DNA of 64,000 nt from the human T2T-CHM13v2.0 reference genome, Homo sapiens. Of this stretch, positions 12,667-26,189 are shown one piece after another. The position numbers were made by a program, and so were the translations under genes. The DNA is taken from the NCBI GenBank assembly GCA_009914755.4, contig CP086569.2, forward strand, positions 2,464,001 to 2,528,000, in the 5' to 3' direction. The stretch's first letter is position 1. Each line of letters starts with the position of its first letter. The notes below the pieces were generated by a model that was not told the origin of the DNA, did no database searches, and saw only the letters and a program-made list of their open reading frames with translations.

Positions 12667-12958
12667 TTCTTTTGTTGAAATGGAGTTTCACTCTTGTTGC
12701 CCAGGCTGGAGTGTAATGGCACAATCTTGGCTCACTGAAACCTGCACCTCCCAGGTTCAAGTGATTCTCCTGCTTCACCCTCCCAAGTAGTTGGGATTAC
12801 AGGCATGATCCACTATGCCCAGCTAATTTTTTGTATTTAGTAAAAATGGTTTCACCATGTTTGTCAAGCTGGTCTTGAATTCACTCCTGACCTCAGGTGA
12901 TCCACCCTCCTCAGCCTCCCAAAGTGCTGGGATTGCAGGCGTGAGCCACTGCACCCGA
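12667..12958 (-). mobile_element. Alu (antisense); 12-bp TSD aactttatcttt
   Basis: Direct repeat aactttatcttt at about 12655-12666 and about 12960-12971, flanking ttgttgaaatggagtttcactcttgttgcccaggctggagtgtaatggc...gcaggcgtgagccactgcacccgag. Confidence 0.9.
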
Positions 12959-13607
12959 GAACTTTATCTTTGTAGGAGAGTTGGCTTTACGAGGATTAGA
13001 CAGGCAATAAAAACAAAGTTTAAAAAAATATATAAAAATAATTAATAGTAATATTATAAATTTAGTTTGTTTAACGGTTTTAAACTAAGATCCTAAGACT
13101 AAGAGCAAAAAGCCAGACAAATAAAAAGCCTGTGGGGTAAATTGGATGAAATCTGTGTTAGTTGTTTAGTAGATCTTATGACTAGATTGACTTAAAGCAA
13201 AGAACACCAGCTTTATAAAAAGGGACCCACTAGTATGATTTGAACAAAAAGTTGCGATACTGGTATTTTCAGTTGGCCACTAGGTGGACTAAAAGGATTC
13301 CTTATGCCAGGTTTTGTTGAATTACCGATAGCAGTTACTGACTGGAAAATTTTATCCTGCCAAATGAAGAAGAAGGTAGCATTAGCGGGGTGATAGTCTC
13401 ATTCTGATTTAAAGTCTTGTTCTGATGTCTTAGGAAAAGTTCTGTACAGTGTGGGAAAATGTCAACTTTTTGTCTTGTCTTGAATGTCTCTGGTGATGGC
13501 ATTGGGTGGTTTGGTAAACTCTTGGTGCAGCTAATGCAAATCTATTTATTTTGTGATTTGCTGCCTCATGTATCATGCAGAAGACTTGTTTTTAAAAACA
13601 TGTGTCT

Positions 13608-13897
<290 letters not shown>

Positions 13898-13950
13898 TAT
13901 ATATATACATATATACATATATACGTATATATGTATATATATGTATATAA
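13898..13950. repeat. TA-rich compound microsatellite ((TATA)/(TATG)-type) grown from an Alu A-tail
   Basis: tatatatatacatatatacatatatacgtatatatgtatatatatgtatataa. Confidence 0.85.
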
Positions 13951-14574
13951 TCAGCTTATAAGACTTCAGGAACACCGCAATTTCTGTTTCCGTGTTTTAT
14001 GGAACCAATGTGGATTGGAGGGCTCTAGACAATATACACAGCTACAATCTAGTAACAGCTGTATCATAGCTTTTTTTCTTCTTTTTACATTTTCATATAG
14101 GAATATCAGATTAAAAACTTATTGAGGCTAGAAACCCAAACCAAGGCAGACTTTAGGTTTTGCTTACAGCTTTAGGGATCATGAACCTGACAAGAAGTGA
14201 CAGTTTTTATTTACGTATTGCAAGACCCTCAAAGTCACACATTTTATGTATACTTTTATATGGAATTGTACTCAAATGTATAACCCATGTTTTCAGTCGT
14301 ATTCTGCTACAAAGAGAGAGCACATTTTTATTAGACTTAGGCAAATAACCATATTTCCATAGGACTATTCATAAATAGTTTGAAATTTTCAGGAATCAAA
14401 ATAGAAAAGGGAAAAGAAAATATTTTTATCTTTGTTAATAAAAGTGTACTTTACCAAATTGTAAAAAGTTATGGATAGGTTAAGATAGAAAATTTCTTTA
14501 AGTCTGAGTAAAAACATTTGAGTAAAGGATCATTGATGTCTCAAATAACAGTCATAAAAACATTGTCAGTTATT

Positions 14575-17500
14575 CTTTTTTTAAAAAATTACTTTTTACT
14601 TTAAGTTCTGGGATACATGTGCAGAATGTGCAGGTTTGTTACATAGGTATATGTGTGCCATGGTGGTTTGCTGCATCCATCAACCCATCATCTAGGTTTT
14701 AAGCCCCACATGCATTAGCTATTTATCCTGATGTTCTCCCTCCCCTTCCCCTCTCCCCACCACAGACCCCAGTGTGTGTGGTTCCCCTCCATGTATCCAT
14801 GTGTTCTCATTATTCAGCTCCCATTTATGAGTGAGAACTTGCAGTGTTTGTTTTTCTGTTCCTGTGTTAATTTGCTGATGATGATGGCTTCCAGCTTCAT
14901 CCATGACCCTGTGAAGGACAAAATCTCATTCCCTTTTGTGGCTGCATAGTATTCCATGGTGTATATGTGCTACATTTTCTTTATCAAGTCTATCATTATG
15001 GGCATTTGGGTTGGTTCCGTCTCTTTGCCCTTGTGAATACTGCTGTGAAAAACATATGTGTACATGTACATTTCTATTAGAATAATTTATATTCCTTTGG
15101 GCATATACCTAGTAATGGGATTGCTGCGTCAAATGGTATTTCCGAATCTAGATCCTTGAAGAGTCTCCCCACTGTCTTCCATAATGGTTGAACTAATTTA
15201 TATTCCCACCAACAATGTAAAAGCATTCCTATTTCTTCACAGCCTCACCAGCGTCTGTTGTTTCTTGACTTTTTAAAAATTGCCATTCTGACTAGTGTCA
15301 GATGTTATCTCTTTGTGGTTTTGATTTGCATTTCCCTAATGATCAGTAATGTTGAGCTTTTCTTAATGTTTGTTGGCTGCATAAATGCCTTTTTTGAAAA
15401 GTGTCTGTTCACATCCTTTGCCCACTTTTTGATGAGGTTGTTTGACTTTTTCTTGTAAATATGTTTAAATTCCATGTAAATTCTGGATATTAGACCTTTG
15501 TCAGATGAGTAGATTACAAAAATTTTCTCCCATTCTGTAGGTTGCCTGTTCAAACTGATAATAGTTTCTTTTGCTGTGCAGAAGCTCCTTAGTTTAATTT
15601 TATACCATTTGTCAATTTTTGCTTTTGTTGCAATTGCTTTTGGTGATTTCATCTTAAAATCTTTGCCCATGCCTATGTCCTGAATGGTACTGCCTAAGTT
15701 TTCTTCTGGAGTTTCTATGGTCTGGGCTTTGACATTTAAGTATTTAATCCCCATCTTGAGTTAATTTTTGTATAAGGTGTAAGGAAGGGTTCCAGTTTTA
15801 GTTTCCTGCATTTGGCTGGCCAGTTTTTCCCAGTATCATTTATTAAATAGGGAATTGTTTCCCCATTGCTTGTTTTTATCAGGTTTGCTGAAGATCACAT
15901 GGTTGTACATGTGTGGTGCTATTTCTGAGGTCTCTGTTCTGTTCCATTGGTCTATATGACTGTTTTGGTACCAATACCATGCTCTTTTGGTTACTGTAGC
16001 CTTGTAGTATTGCTTGAAGTCAGGTAGCGTGATGCCTCCAGCTTTGTTCTTTTTGCTTAGGATTATCTTGGCTATATGGGCTCTTTTTTGGTTCCATATG
16101 AATTTTAAAATAGTTGTTTCTAATTCTGTGAAGAATGTCAGTGATGGGAATAGCATTGAATCTGTAAATTATTTTGGGCAATATGGCCATTTTCACCATA
16201 TTGATTCTTCCTATCCATGAGGATGGAAACAAACACGATCCATTTGTTTGTGTCCTCTCTTACCTCCTTGAGCTTTGGTTTGTAGTTCTCCTTGAAGAGG
16301 TCCTTCACATCTTTTGTTAGCTGTGTTCCTAGGTATTTTATTTTCTTTGTAGCAATTGTGATTGGGAGTTCATTCTTGATTTGACTCTCTGCTTGTCCAT
16401 TGTTGGTGTATAGAAATCCTTGTGATTTTTGCACATTGACTTTGTATCCTGAGACTTTGCTGAAGTTGCTTATCAGCTTAAGGAGTTCTTAGGCTGAGAT
16501 GATGGGGTTTTCTAAATATAGGATCATGTCATCTGCAAACAGGGACAATTTCACTTCCTCTCTTCCTGTTCGAATACCTTTATTTCTTTCACTTGCCTGA
16601 GTGCCCTGGCCAGAACCACCAATTCGATATTGAACAGGAATGATGAGAGACGACATACTTGTCTTGTCCTAGTTTTCAAAGGGAATGCTTCCAGCTTTTG
16701 TCCATTCAGTATGATATTGGCTGTGGGTTTGTCATAGCTTTTATTATTTTGAGATATGTTCCACCAATATCTAGTTGATTGACAGTTTTTAACATGAAGG
16801 TATGTTGAATTTTATCGAAGGCTTTTTCTGCATCTATTGAGATAATCATGTGGTTTTTGTCAATGGTTGTTTATGGGATGGAATATATTTATTGACTTGC
16901 ATATGTTGAAACAGGCTTGCATCCCAGGGATGACACCGACTTGATCATGGGATAAGTGTTTGATGTGCTGGTGGATTCTGTTTGCTAGCATTTTATTGAG
17001 GATTTTCACATTGAAGTTCATCAGGGATATTGGCCAGAAGTTTTGTTTTGTGTGTGTGTGTCTGCCAGATTTTGGTATCAGAGTAATGCTGGCCTCATAA
17101 AATGAGTTAGGGAGGAGTTCGTTCTTCTCAATTGTTTGGAATAATTTCTGAAGGAATGGTACCATCTCCTCTTTGTACCTCTCGTAGAATTCAGCTGTGA
17201 ATCCATCTATCTGGTCCTGTGCTTTTTTTGTTTGGTAGGCTATTTCTTGCTGCCTCAATTTCAGAACTTGTTATTGGTCTATCCACAAATTTTACTTCTT
17301 CCTGGTTTAGACTTGGGAGGGTGCATGTGTCCAAACATTTATCCATTTCTTCTAGATTTTCTAGGGTTTTTTTGCCTAGAGACACTTATTGTATTCTCTG
17401 GTGGTAGTTTATATTTCTGTGGGGTCAGTGGTGATATCCCTTTTATTATTCTTTATTGTGTCTATTTGATTCTTCTCTCTTTTCTTTTTTATTAATCTAC

Positions 17501-18402
17501 CTAGCAGTCTATCTTATTGGGTGTGTGTGTGTGATTTTTTTTTTTTTCCAAAAAACCAGTTCCTGAATTCATTGATTTTTTGAAGGGTTTTTTGTGTCAC
17601 TGTCCCCTTCAGTTTCACTCTGATCTTAGTTATTTCTTATCTTCTGCTAGCTTATGGATTTGTTTGCTCTTGTTTCTCTAGTTCTTCTAATTGTGATGTT
17701 AGGGTGTTCATTTGAGATCTTTCTAGCTTTCTGATGTGGGCATTTAGTGCTGTAAGTTTCCCTTTTAACTCTGCTTTAGCTGCATCTCAGAGATTCTGGT
17801 ATGTTGTCTTTTTGTTCTCATTGGTTTCAAAGAGCTTCTTAATTTCTGCCTTAATTTTTTCATTATTTACCCTGGAGTTATTTAGAAGCAAGTTGTTCAA
17901 CTTCCATGTAGTTGTGCAGTTTTGAGTGAGCTTCTTAATCTTGAGTTCTAATTTGATTGCATTGTGGTCTGAAACTCTTTGTTAAGGTCTCAGTTCTTTT
18001 CCATTTGCTGAGGAGTGTTTTACTTCCAATTATGTGGTCGATTTTAGAGTAAGTGCCACATGGCACTGAGAAGAATGTATATTCTGTTGATTTGGGGTGG
18101 AGCGTTCTGTAGATATCTGCTAGGTCCAATTGGTACAGAGCTGAGTTCAAGTCCTGAATATCTTTGTTAATTTTCTGTCTCGTTGATCTGTCTAATATTG
18201 ACAATGGGGCGTTAAAGTCTGGTATTGCTGTGTGGGAATTGAACTCTCTTGGTTGGTCTCTAATAACTTGTTTTATAAATCTGGGTGCTCCTGTAATGGC
18301 TGCATATACACTTATGGTAGTTAGCTCTTCTTGTTGAATTGATCCCTTTACCTTTATGTAATGCCCTTCTTTGTCTTTTTTTCCCACTATTTGTGTTGGT
18401 CA
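14575..18402 (-). mobile_element. L1 (older primate L1P family), 3' end through the ORF2 reverse-transcriptase domain up to the endonuclease region; 5' side interrupted at about 18402. This is the 3' half of the host L1.
   Basis: Antisense L1 3' end tttaagttctgggatacatgtgcagaatgtgcaggtttgttacataggtat... at about 14598. Minus-strand ORF2 fragments (track ORFs 15305-15754, 15836-16156, 16860-17258, 17935-18387) carry RT and EN-domain C-terminal motifs. Many frameshifts. Confidence 0.9.
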
Positions 18403-21400
18403 TACTTTTTTTTTTAATTATACTTTAAGTTCTAGGGTATGTGTCCACAACATGCAGGTTTATTACATAGGTATACGTGTGCCATGTTGGTTTGCTGCAC
18501 CCATTAACTTGTCATTTACATTAGGTATTTCTCCTAATGCTTTCCCTCCCCCAGCCCCCACCCTATGACAGGCCCCAGTGTGTGATGTTCCCTGCCCTGT
18601 GTTCGAGTATTCTCATTGTTCAATTCTCACCTATGAGTGAGAACATGCGGTGTTTGGTTTTCTGTCTGTGTGATAGTTTGTTCAGAATGATGGTTTCCAG
18701 CTTCATCCATGTCCCTGCAAAGGACATGAACTCATCCATTTTTATGGCTGCATAGTATTCCACGGTGTATGTGTGCCACATTTTCTTAATCCAGTCTATC
18801 ATTGATGGGCATTTGGGTTGGTTCCAAGTCTTTGCTATTGTGAATAGTGCCGCAATAAACATACGTGTGCAGATGTCTTTATAGTAGCATGATTCACAAC
18901 CCTTTGGGTATATACCAAACAATGGGATCACTGGGTCAAATGGTATTTCTAGTTCTAGATCCTTGAGGAATCGCCACACTGTCTTCCACAATGGTTGAAC
19001 TAGTTTACACTTCCACTAACAGTGTAAAAGTGTTCCTGTTTCTCCACATCCTCTCCAGCATCTGGTATTTCCTGACTTTTTAATGATCACCATTCTAGCT
19101 GGTATGAGATGGTGTCTCATTGTGGTTTTCATTTGCATTTCTCTGATGGCCAGTGATGATGAGCATTTTTTCATGTGTCTGTTGGCTGCATAGGTGTCTT
19201 CTTTTGAGAAGTGTCTGTTCATGTCCTTTGCCACTTTTTGATGGGTTTGTTTATTTTTTCTTGTAAATTTGTTTAAGTTCTTTTCAGATTCTGGATATTA
19301 GCCCTTTGTCAGATGGGTAGATTCCAAAAATTTTCTCCCATTCTGTAGCTAGCTTGTTCACTCCGATGGTAGTTTCTTTTGCTGTGCAGAAGCTCTTTAG
19401 TTTAATTAGATCCCATTTGTCTATTTTGGCTTTTGTTGCCATTGCTTTTCGTGTTTTACTCATGAAGTCTTTGCCCATGCCTATGTCTTGAGTGGTATTG
19501 CCTTTGTTTTCTTCTACAGTTTTTATGGTTTTAGGTCTAACATTTAAGTCTTTAATCCATCTTGAATTAATTTTTGTATAAGGTGTAAGGAAGGGAGGCA
19601 GTTTCAGCTTTCTACATATGGCTAGCCAGGTTTCCCAGCACCATTTATTAAATAGGGAATCCTTTCCCCATTTCTTGTTTTTCTCAGGTTTCTCAAAGAT
19701 CAGATGGTTGTAGATGTGTGGTATTATTTCTGAGGCCTCTGTTCTGTTCCATTGGTCTATCTCTCTGTTTTGGTACCAGTACCATGCTGTTTTGGTTATT
19801 GTAGCCTTGTAGTATAGTTTGAAGTCAGGCAGCATGATGCCTCCAGCTTTGTTCTTCTTGCTTAGGATTGTCTTGGCAATGCAGGCTCTTTTTTGGTTCC
19901 ATGTGGAGTTTAAAGTAGTTTTTTCCAATTCTGTGAAGAAAGCCATTGGTAGCTTCATGGGGATGGCATTGAATCTATAAATTACCTTGGGCAGCATGGC
20001 CATTTTCATTATATTGATTCTTCCTATCCATGAGCATGGAATGTTCTTCCATTTGTTTGTGTCCTACTTTATTTCATTGAGCAGTGGTTTGTAGTTCTCC
20101 TTGAAAAGTTTCTTCACATCCCTTGTAAGTCGGATTCCTAGGTATGTTATTCTCTTTGTAGAAGTTTTGAATGGGAGTTCACTCGTGATTTGGCTCTCTG
20201 TTTGTCTGTTATTTCTGTATAGGAATGCTTGTGATTTTTGCACTTTGATTTTGTTTCCTGAGACTTTGCTGAAGTTGCTTATCAGCTTGAGACTTTGGGC
20301 TGAGATGATGGGGTTTTCTAAATATACAATCATGTCATCTGCAAACAGGGACAATTTGACTTCCTCTTTTCCTAATTGAATACCCTTTATTTCTTTCTCT
20401 TTCGTGATTGCCCTGGCCAGAACGTCCAACACTATACTGAACAGGAATGGTGAGACAGGGCATTGCTGTGTTGTACCGGTTTTCAAAGGGAATGCTTCCA
20501 GTTTTTGCCCATTCAGTATGATATTGGCTGTGGGTTTGTTATAAATAGCTCTTATTTTGAAATACATTCCATCAATACCTAGTTTATTGAGAGTTTTTAG
20601 CATGAAGGGCTACTGAATTTTGTTGAAGGCCTTTTCTGCATCTATTGAGATAATCATGTGGTTTTTTTCATTGGTTTTGTTTATGTGATGGATTATGTTT
20701 ATTGATTTGCATATGTTGAACCAAGCTTGCATCCCAGGGATGAAGCCCACCTGATCATGATGGATAAGCTTTTGGATGTGCTGCTGGATTTGGTTTGCCA
20801 GTATTTTCTTGAGGATTCCTGCATCAATGTTCACCAGGGATATTGGTCTAAAATTCTCTTTTTTTATTGTGACTCTGCCAGGCTTTGGTATCAGGATGAT
20901 GCTGGCCTTGTAAAATGAATTAGGGAGGATTCCCTCTTTTTCTGCTGATTGGAATAGTTTCAGAAGTAATGGTATCAGCTCCTCTTTGTACCACTGGTAG
21001 AATTCAGCTGTGAATCCATCTAGTTCTGGACTTGTTTTGGTTGGTAGGCTATTAATTAATGCCTCAATTTCAGAGCCTGTTATTGGTCTATTCAGGGATT
21101 CAACTTCTTCCTGGTTTAGTCTTGGGAGAGTGTAGGTGTCCAGGAATTTGTCCATTGCTTCTAGATTTTCTAATTTATTTGCATAGAGGTGTTTATAGTA
21201 TTCTCTGATGGTAGTTTTTATTTCTGTGGGATCAGTGGTGATATCCCTTTATCATTTTTTATTGCATCTATTTGATGTTTCTCTCATGTCTTCTTTATTA
21301 GTCTTGCTAGTGATCTATTTATTTTGTTGATATTTTCAAAAAACCAGCTCCTGGATTCATGACTTTTTTTTTTTTTAAGGGTTTTTTGTGTCTCTATCTC

Positions 21401-24400
21401 TTTCAGTTCTGCTCTGATCTTAGTTATTTCTTGCCTTCTGCTAGCTTTTGAATGTGTTTTGAATGTGTTCTTGCCTTCTGCTAGCTTTTGAATGTGCTCT
21501 TGCTTCTCTAGTTCTTTTAATTGTGATGTTAGGTTGTTGATTTTAGAACTTTCCTGCTTTCTCTTGTGGGCATTTAGTGCTATAAATTTCCCTCTACACA
21601 CTGCTTTAAATGTGTCCCAGAGATTCTGGTACATTGTGTCTTTGTTCTCATTGGTTTAAAAAACATCTTTATTTCTGCCTTCATTTCACTATGCAGTGGT
21701 CATTCAGGAGCAGGTTGTTCAGTTTCCATGTAGTTGTGCAGTTTTGAGTGAGTTTTCTTCATCCCGAGTTCTAATTTGATTGCTCTGTGCTCTGAGAGAT
21801 GGTTTGTTGTGATTTCTGTTCTTTTACATTTGCTGAGGAGTGCTTTACTTCCAACTATGTGGTCAATTTTAGAATAAGTGTGATGTGGTGCTGAGAAGAA
21901 TGTATATTCTGTTGATTTGGGGTGGAGAGTTCTGTAGATGTCTACTAGGTCTGCTTGTTGCAGAACTGATTTCACGTCCTGGATATCTTTGTTAACCTGT
22001 CTCAATCTTTCTAATATTGACAGTGGAGAGTTAAAGTCTCCACTGTCACACAAAATAATAATTTTGTCTCCCATTATTATTGTGTGGGAGTCTAAGTCTC
22101 TTTGTAGGTCTCTAAGGACTTGCTTTACAAATCTTGGTGCTCCTGTATTGGGTGCATATATATTTAGGATAGTTAGCTCTTCTTGTTGAATTGATCCCTT
22201 TACCATTATGTAGTGGCCTTCTTTGTTGGTTTAAACTCTTTTGATCTTTGTTGGTTTAAAGTCTGTTTTATCTGAGACGAGGATTGCAACCCCTGCTTTT
22301 CTTTTGCTTTCCATTTGCTTGGCAGATCTTCCTCCATCCCTTTATTTTGAACCTGTGTGTGTCTTTGCACATGAGATGGGTCTCCTGAATGCAGCACACA
22401 GATGGGTCTTGACTCTTTATCCAATTTGCTGGTCTGTGTCTTTTATTTGGGGCATTTAGCCCATTTACATTTAAGGTTAATATTGTTATGTGTGGATTTG
22501 ATCCTGTCATTATGATGTTAGCTGGTTATTTTGCCAGTTAACTGATGCAGTTTCTTCACAGCCTTGATGATCTTTACAATTTGGCATGTTTTTGCAGTGG
22601 CTGATACCGCTTGTTCCTTTCCATGTTTAGTGCTTCCTTCAGGAGCTCTTGTAAGGCAGGCCTGGTGGTGACAAAATCTCTCAGCATTTGCTTGTTTGTA
22701 AAGGATTTTATTTTTCCTTCACTTATGAAGCTTAGTTTGGCTGGATATGAAATTCTAGGTTGAAAATTCTTTTCTTTAAGAATGTTGATTATTCTGGCTT
22801 GTTGAGTTTCTGCAGAGAGATCCGCATTAGTCTGGTGAGCTTCCCTTTGTGGGTAACCTGACCTTTCTCTCTGGCTGCTCTTAACATTTTCTTCTTCCTT
22901 TCAACCTTGGTGAATCTGACAGTTAAAGTGTCTTGGGTTGCTCTTCTTGAGGAATATCATTGGGTGTTCTCCATATTTCTTGAATTTGAATGTTGGCCTG
23001 ACTTGCTAGGTTGGAGAAATTTTCCTGGATAATATCCTGAAGAGTTTTCCAACTTGGTTTCATTCTCCCCGTCACTTTCAGGTACACCAATCAAATGTAG
23101 ATTTGGTCTTTTCACATAGTCCCATATTTCTTTGAGTCTTTTTGTTCATTTCTTTTTCCTCTTTTTTCTCTAAACTTCTTTTCTCACTTTATTTCATTAA
23201 TTTGATCTTCAATCACTGATACCCTTCCTTCCACTTGATCGAATCAGCTACTGAAGCTTGTGCATGTGTCACATATTTTTCGTGCCATGGTTTTTAGCTC
23301 CTTCAGGTCATTTAAGCTATTCTCTACACTGTTTGTTCTAGTTAGCCATTTGTCTAATCTTTTTTCAAGGTTTTTAGCTTCCTTGCGATGGGTTCGAATA
23401 TCCTCCTTTAGCTCAGAGAAGTTTGTTATTACTAACCTTCTGAAGCCTACTTCTGTCAACTCATCAAAGTCATTCTCTGTGCAGCTTTGTTCCATCACTG
23501 GTAAGGAGCTGCAATCCTTTGGAGGAGAAGAGGCACTCTGGTTTTTAGAATTTTTGGCTTTTCTGCTCTGGTTTCTCCCTGTCTTTGTGGTTTTATCTAC
23601 CTTTGGTCTTTGATGTTGGTGACCTAGAGATGGGGTTTTAGTGTGGATGTCCTTTTTGTTGATGTTGATGCTATTCCTTTCTGTTTGTTAGTTTTCCTTC
23701 TAACAGTCAGGTCCCTCAGCTGCAGGTCTGTTGGAGTTTCCTGGAGGTTCACTCCAGACCCTGTTTCCCTGGGTATCACCAGCAGAGACTGCAGAACAGC
23801 AAATATTGCAGGACAGCAAATATTGCTGCCTGATCCTTCCTCTGGAAGCTTCATCCCAGAGGGTCTTCTGCCTGTATGAGGTGTCAGTCAGCCCCTAAGG
23901 GGAGGTTTCTCCCAGTTAGGCTACATGGGGTTCAGGGACCCACTTGAGGAGGCAGTCTGTCCATTCTCAGAGCTCAAACACTATGCTGGGAGAACCACTG
24001 CTCTCTTCAGAGCTTTCAGACAGGGACGTTTAAGACTGAAGAATTTTCTGCTGCCTTTTGCTCAGCTATGACCTGCCCTGAGGTGGGGTCTACAGAGGCA
24101 GCAGGCCTTGCAGAGCTGAGGTGGGCTCTGCCCAGTTCAAGCTTCCCCAGACTCTTTGTTTACCTACTCAAGCCTCAGCAATGGTGGACACACTTCCTGC
24201 TGCCAGGCTGCTGCCTTGCAGGTAGAACTCAGCCTGCTGCATTAGCAATGAGCAAGGCTCCATGGGCATGGGACCTGCTGAGCCAGGCATGGGATATAAT
24301 CTGCTGGTATGCCGTTTGCTAAGACTGTTGGAAAAGCACAGTATTTGGGCAGGTGTGTCCCAATTTTCCAGGTACAATCTGTCATGGCTTCCCTTGGCTA

Positions 24401-24590
24401 GGAAAGGAAATGCGATGCCCCACCCTGCTTCAGCTTACCCTCCATGGGCTGCACCCACTGTCCAACCAGTTCCAATGAGATGAACCAGTTACCTCAGTTG
24501 GAAATGCAGAAATCACTCTCTTCTGCATTGATCATGCTGGGAGCTGCAGACCAGAGCTCTTCCTATTCAGCCATTTTGGAATGGACCACA
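18403..24590 (-). mobile_element. L1, full length (about 6.2 kb; L1PA-type 5'UTR, ORF1, ORF2, 3'UTR, polyA shown as a T-run at about 18406-18418). Both ORFs are disrupted. It is inserted into the older L1.
   Basis: Minus-strand ORF2 pieces run contiguously from C- to N-terminus: 18620-18991, 19016-19234, 19284-20009, 20064-20603, 20610-21155 (RT), 21284-21634, 21700-22206 (EN), 22268-22510 (MTGSNPHITILTLNVNGLN = ORF2 start). ORF1 coiled-coil fragment at 23244-23498. Antisense 5'UTR runs to ...cttcctattcagccattttgg at about 24580. Internal 35-bp tandem duplication at about 21431-21503. Confidence 0.9.
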
Positions 24591-25360
24591 CTTGTCTTTT
24601 TGATATTTGTTGGCTTAAAGTCTGTTTTATCAGAGACTACAATCGCAACCCCTAGTTTTTTTCTGCTTTCCATTTGCTTGATACATTTTCCTTTATCCTT
24701 TTATTCTGAGTAAAGTGTGTACTCTTGAATACAGTACACCGACAGGTCTTGACTCTATCCAGTTTCCCAGGCTGTGTCTTTTAATTGGGTCATTTAGCCC
24801 TTTACATTTAAGGCTAATATTGTTATTTGTAAATTTGATCCTGTCATCTTGATGCTAGCTGGTTATTTTGCACACTAGTTGATGCTATTTCTTCACTCTG
24901 TCATTGGTCTTTATAATTTCATGTGTTTTGCAGTGGCTGATACTGGTGTTTCCTTTCCATATTTAGTGCTTCCTTTAGGAGCTCTTGTAAGGCAGGCCTG
25001 GTGGTGATAAATTCTTCCAGCACTCATATGTCTGAAAAGGATTTTATTTCTCCTTTGATTATGAGGCTTAGTTTGGCCAGATATGAAATTCTGGGTTGAA
25101 AATTTTTTTCTTTAAGAATGTTGAGTATTGACCCCTACTCTCTTCTGGCTTGTAGGGTTTCTGCTGAGTATTCCACTGTTAGTCTGATAAGCTTCCCTTT
25201 GGAGGTGATCTGACTTTTCTCTCTGCTGCCCTTAACATTTTTTCCTGCATATGGACCTTATAGAATCTGATGATTGTGTGTCTTGGGGTTGATCTTCTTG
25301 TAGTATATCTTAATGGTGTTCTCTGTATTTCCTGAATTTGCATGTTGGCTTAGAGTAGCC
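24591..25360 (-). mobile_element. L1 fragment (ORF2 N-terminus and inter-ORF into ORF1), the continuation of the host L1 interrupted at 18402
   Basis: Sequence cttgtctttttgatatttgttggcttaaagtctgttttatcagagactacaatcgcaacccc... is collinear with 22230-22990 of the inserted L1. Its left end overlaps the last L1 bases at about 18370-18400 (ccttctttgtcttttttt...atttgtgttggt). Confidence 0.8.
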
Positions 25361-25488
25361 ATGGTTAAAAATCTAATGAAAGTTTATAGTTAACAAGGAT
25401 ATTTGGATATTTCATTTACATATAGCATTTTAAGATAAACACAAGAATAATGACTGATATTAGAGATCTATGAATTTATATAATTTTG

Positions 25489-25781
25489 AATTTTTTTTTT
25501 TTGAGATGGAGTCTCACTCTGTCACCCAGGCTGGAATACAGTGTCACAGTCTTGGCTCACTGCAAGCTCCGCATCCCAGGTTCACACCATTCTCCTGCCT
25601 CAGCCTCCTGAGTAGCTGGGACTACAGGCACCTGCCACCACGCCCAGCTAATTTTTTGTATTTTTAGTAAAGATGGGGTTCACCATGTTAGCTAGGATGG
25701 TCTTGATCTCCTGACCTTGTGATCCACCCATCTTGGCTTCCCAAAGTTCTGGGATTATAGGCTTGAGCCACCGTGCCCAGC
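25489..25781 (-). mobile_element. Alu (antisense); TSD taattttgaa
   Basis: tttttttttttgagatggagtctcactctgtcacccaggctggaatacagtg...gattataggcttgagccaccgtgcccagcc; aattttgaa on both flanks. Confidence 0.9.
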
Positions 25782-25838
25782 CTAATTTTGAAATATTTAT
25801 ATTAACCCGTAAGTGCAATGAAAGGAAGATCTAGTATT

Positions 25839-26133
25839 GGTCAGGTGCGCAGGCTCATGCCTGTAATCCCAGTACTTTGGAAGGTCAAGACAGGTGGATC
25901 ACTTGAGGGTCAGCAGTTCAACACCCGCCTGGCCAACATGGTAAAACCTCATCTCTACTAAAAATACAAAAAGTAGCTGGGTGTGATTGTGGGTGCCTGT
26001 AATCCCAGCTAACTTAGGAAGCTGAGGCAGAAGAATCGCCTGAACCCAGGGGGAGAAGGTTGCAGTGAGCCGATATCTTACCACTCTACTCCAGCCTGAG
26101 AGACACATTGAGAATACATCTAAAAAAAAAAAA
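25839..26133 (+). mobile_element. Alu (sense); perfect 13-bp TSD aagatctagtatt
   Basis: ggtcaggtgcgcaggctcatgcctgtaatcccagtactttggaaggtc...ctaaaaaaaaaaa; aagatctagtatt at about 25827-25839 and about 26133-26145. Confidence 0.9.
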
Positions 26134-26189
26134 GATCTAGTATTACATATTTCTGTCTCAGTGCAGTTGTGTTGCTGTAAAGGCATATC

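Noticed and set aside
15305-22510. Long minus-strand ORFs (up to 241 aa) with reverse-transcriptase and endonuclease motifs
   Set aside because: They are collinear fragments of L1 ORF2 (and ORF1 at 23244-23498) from two decayed L1 copies. They are not host genes and are interrupted by stops and frameshifts.
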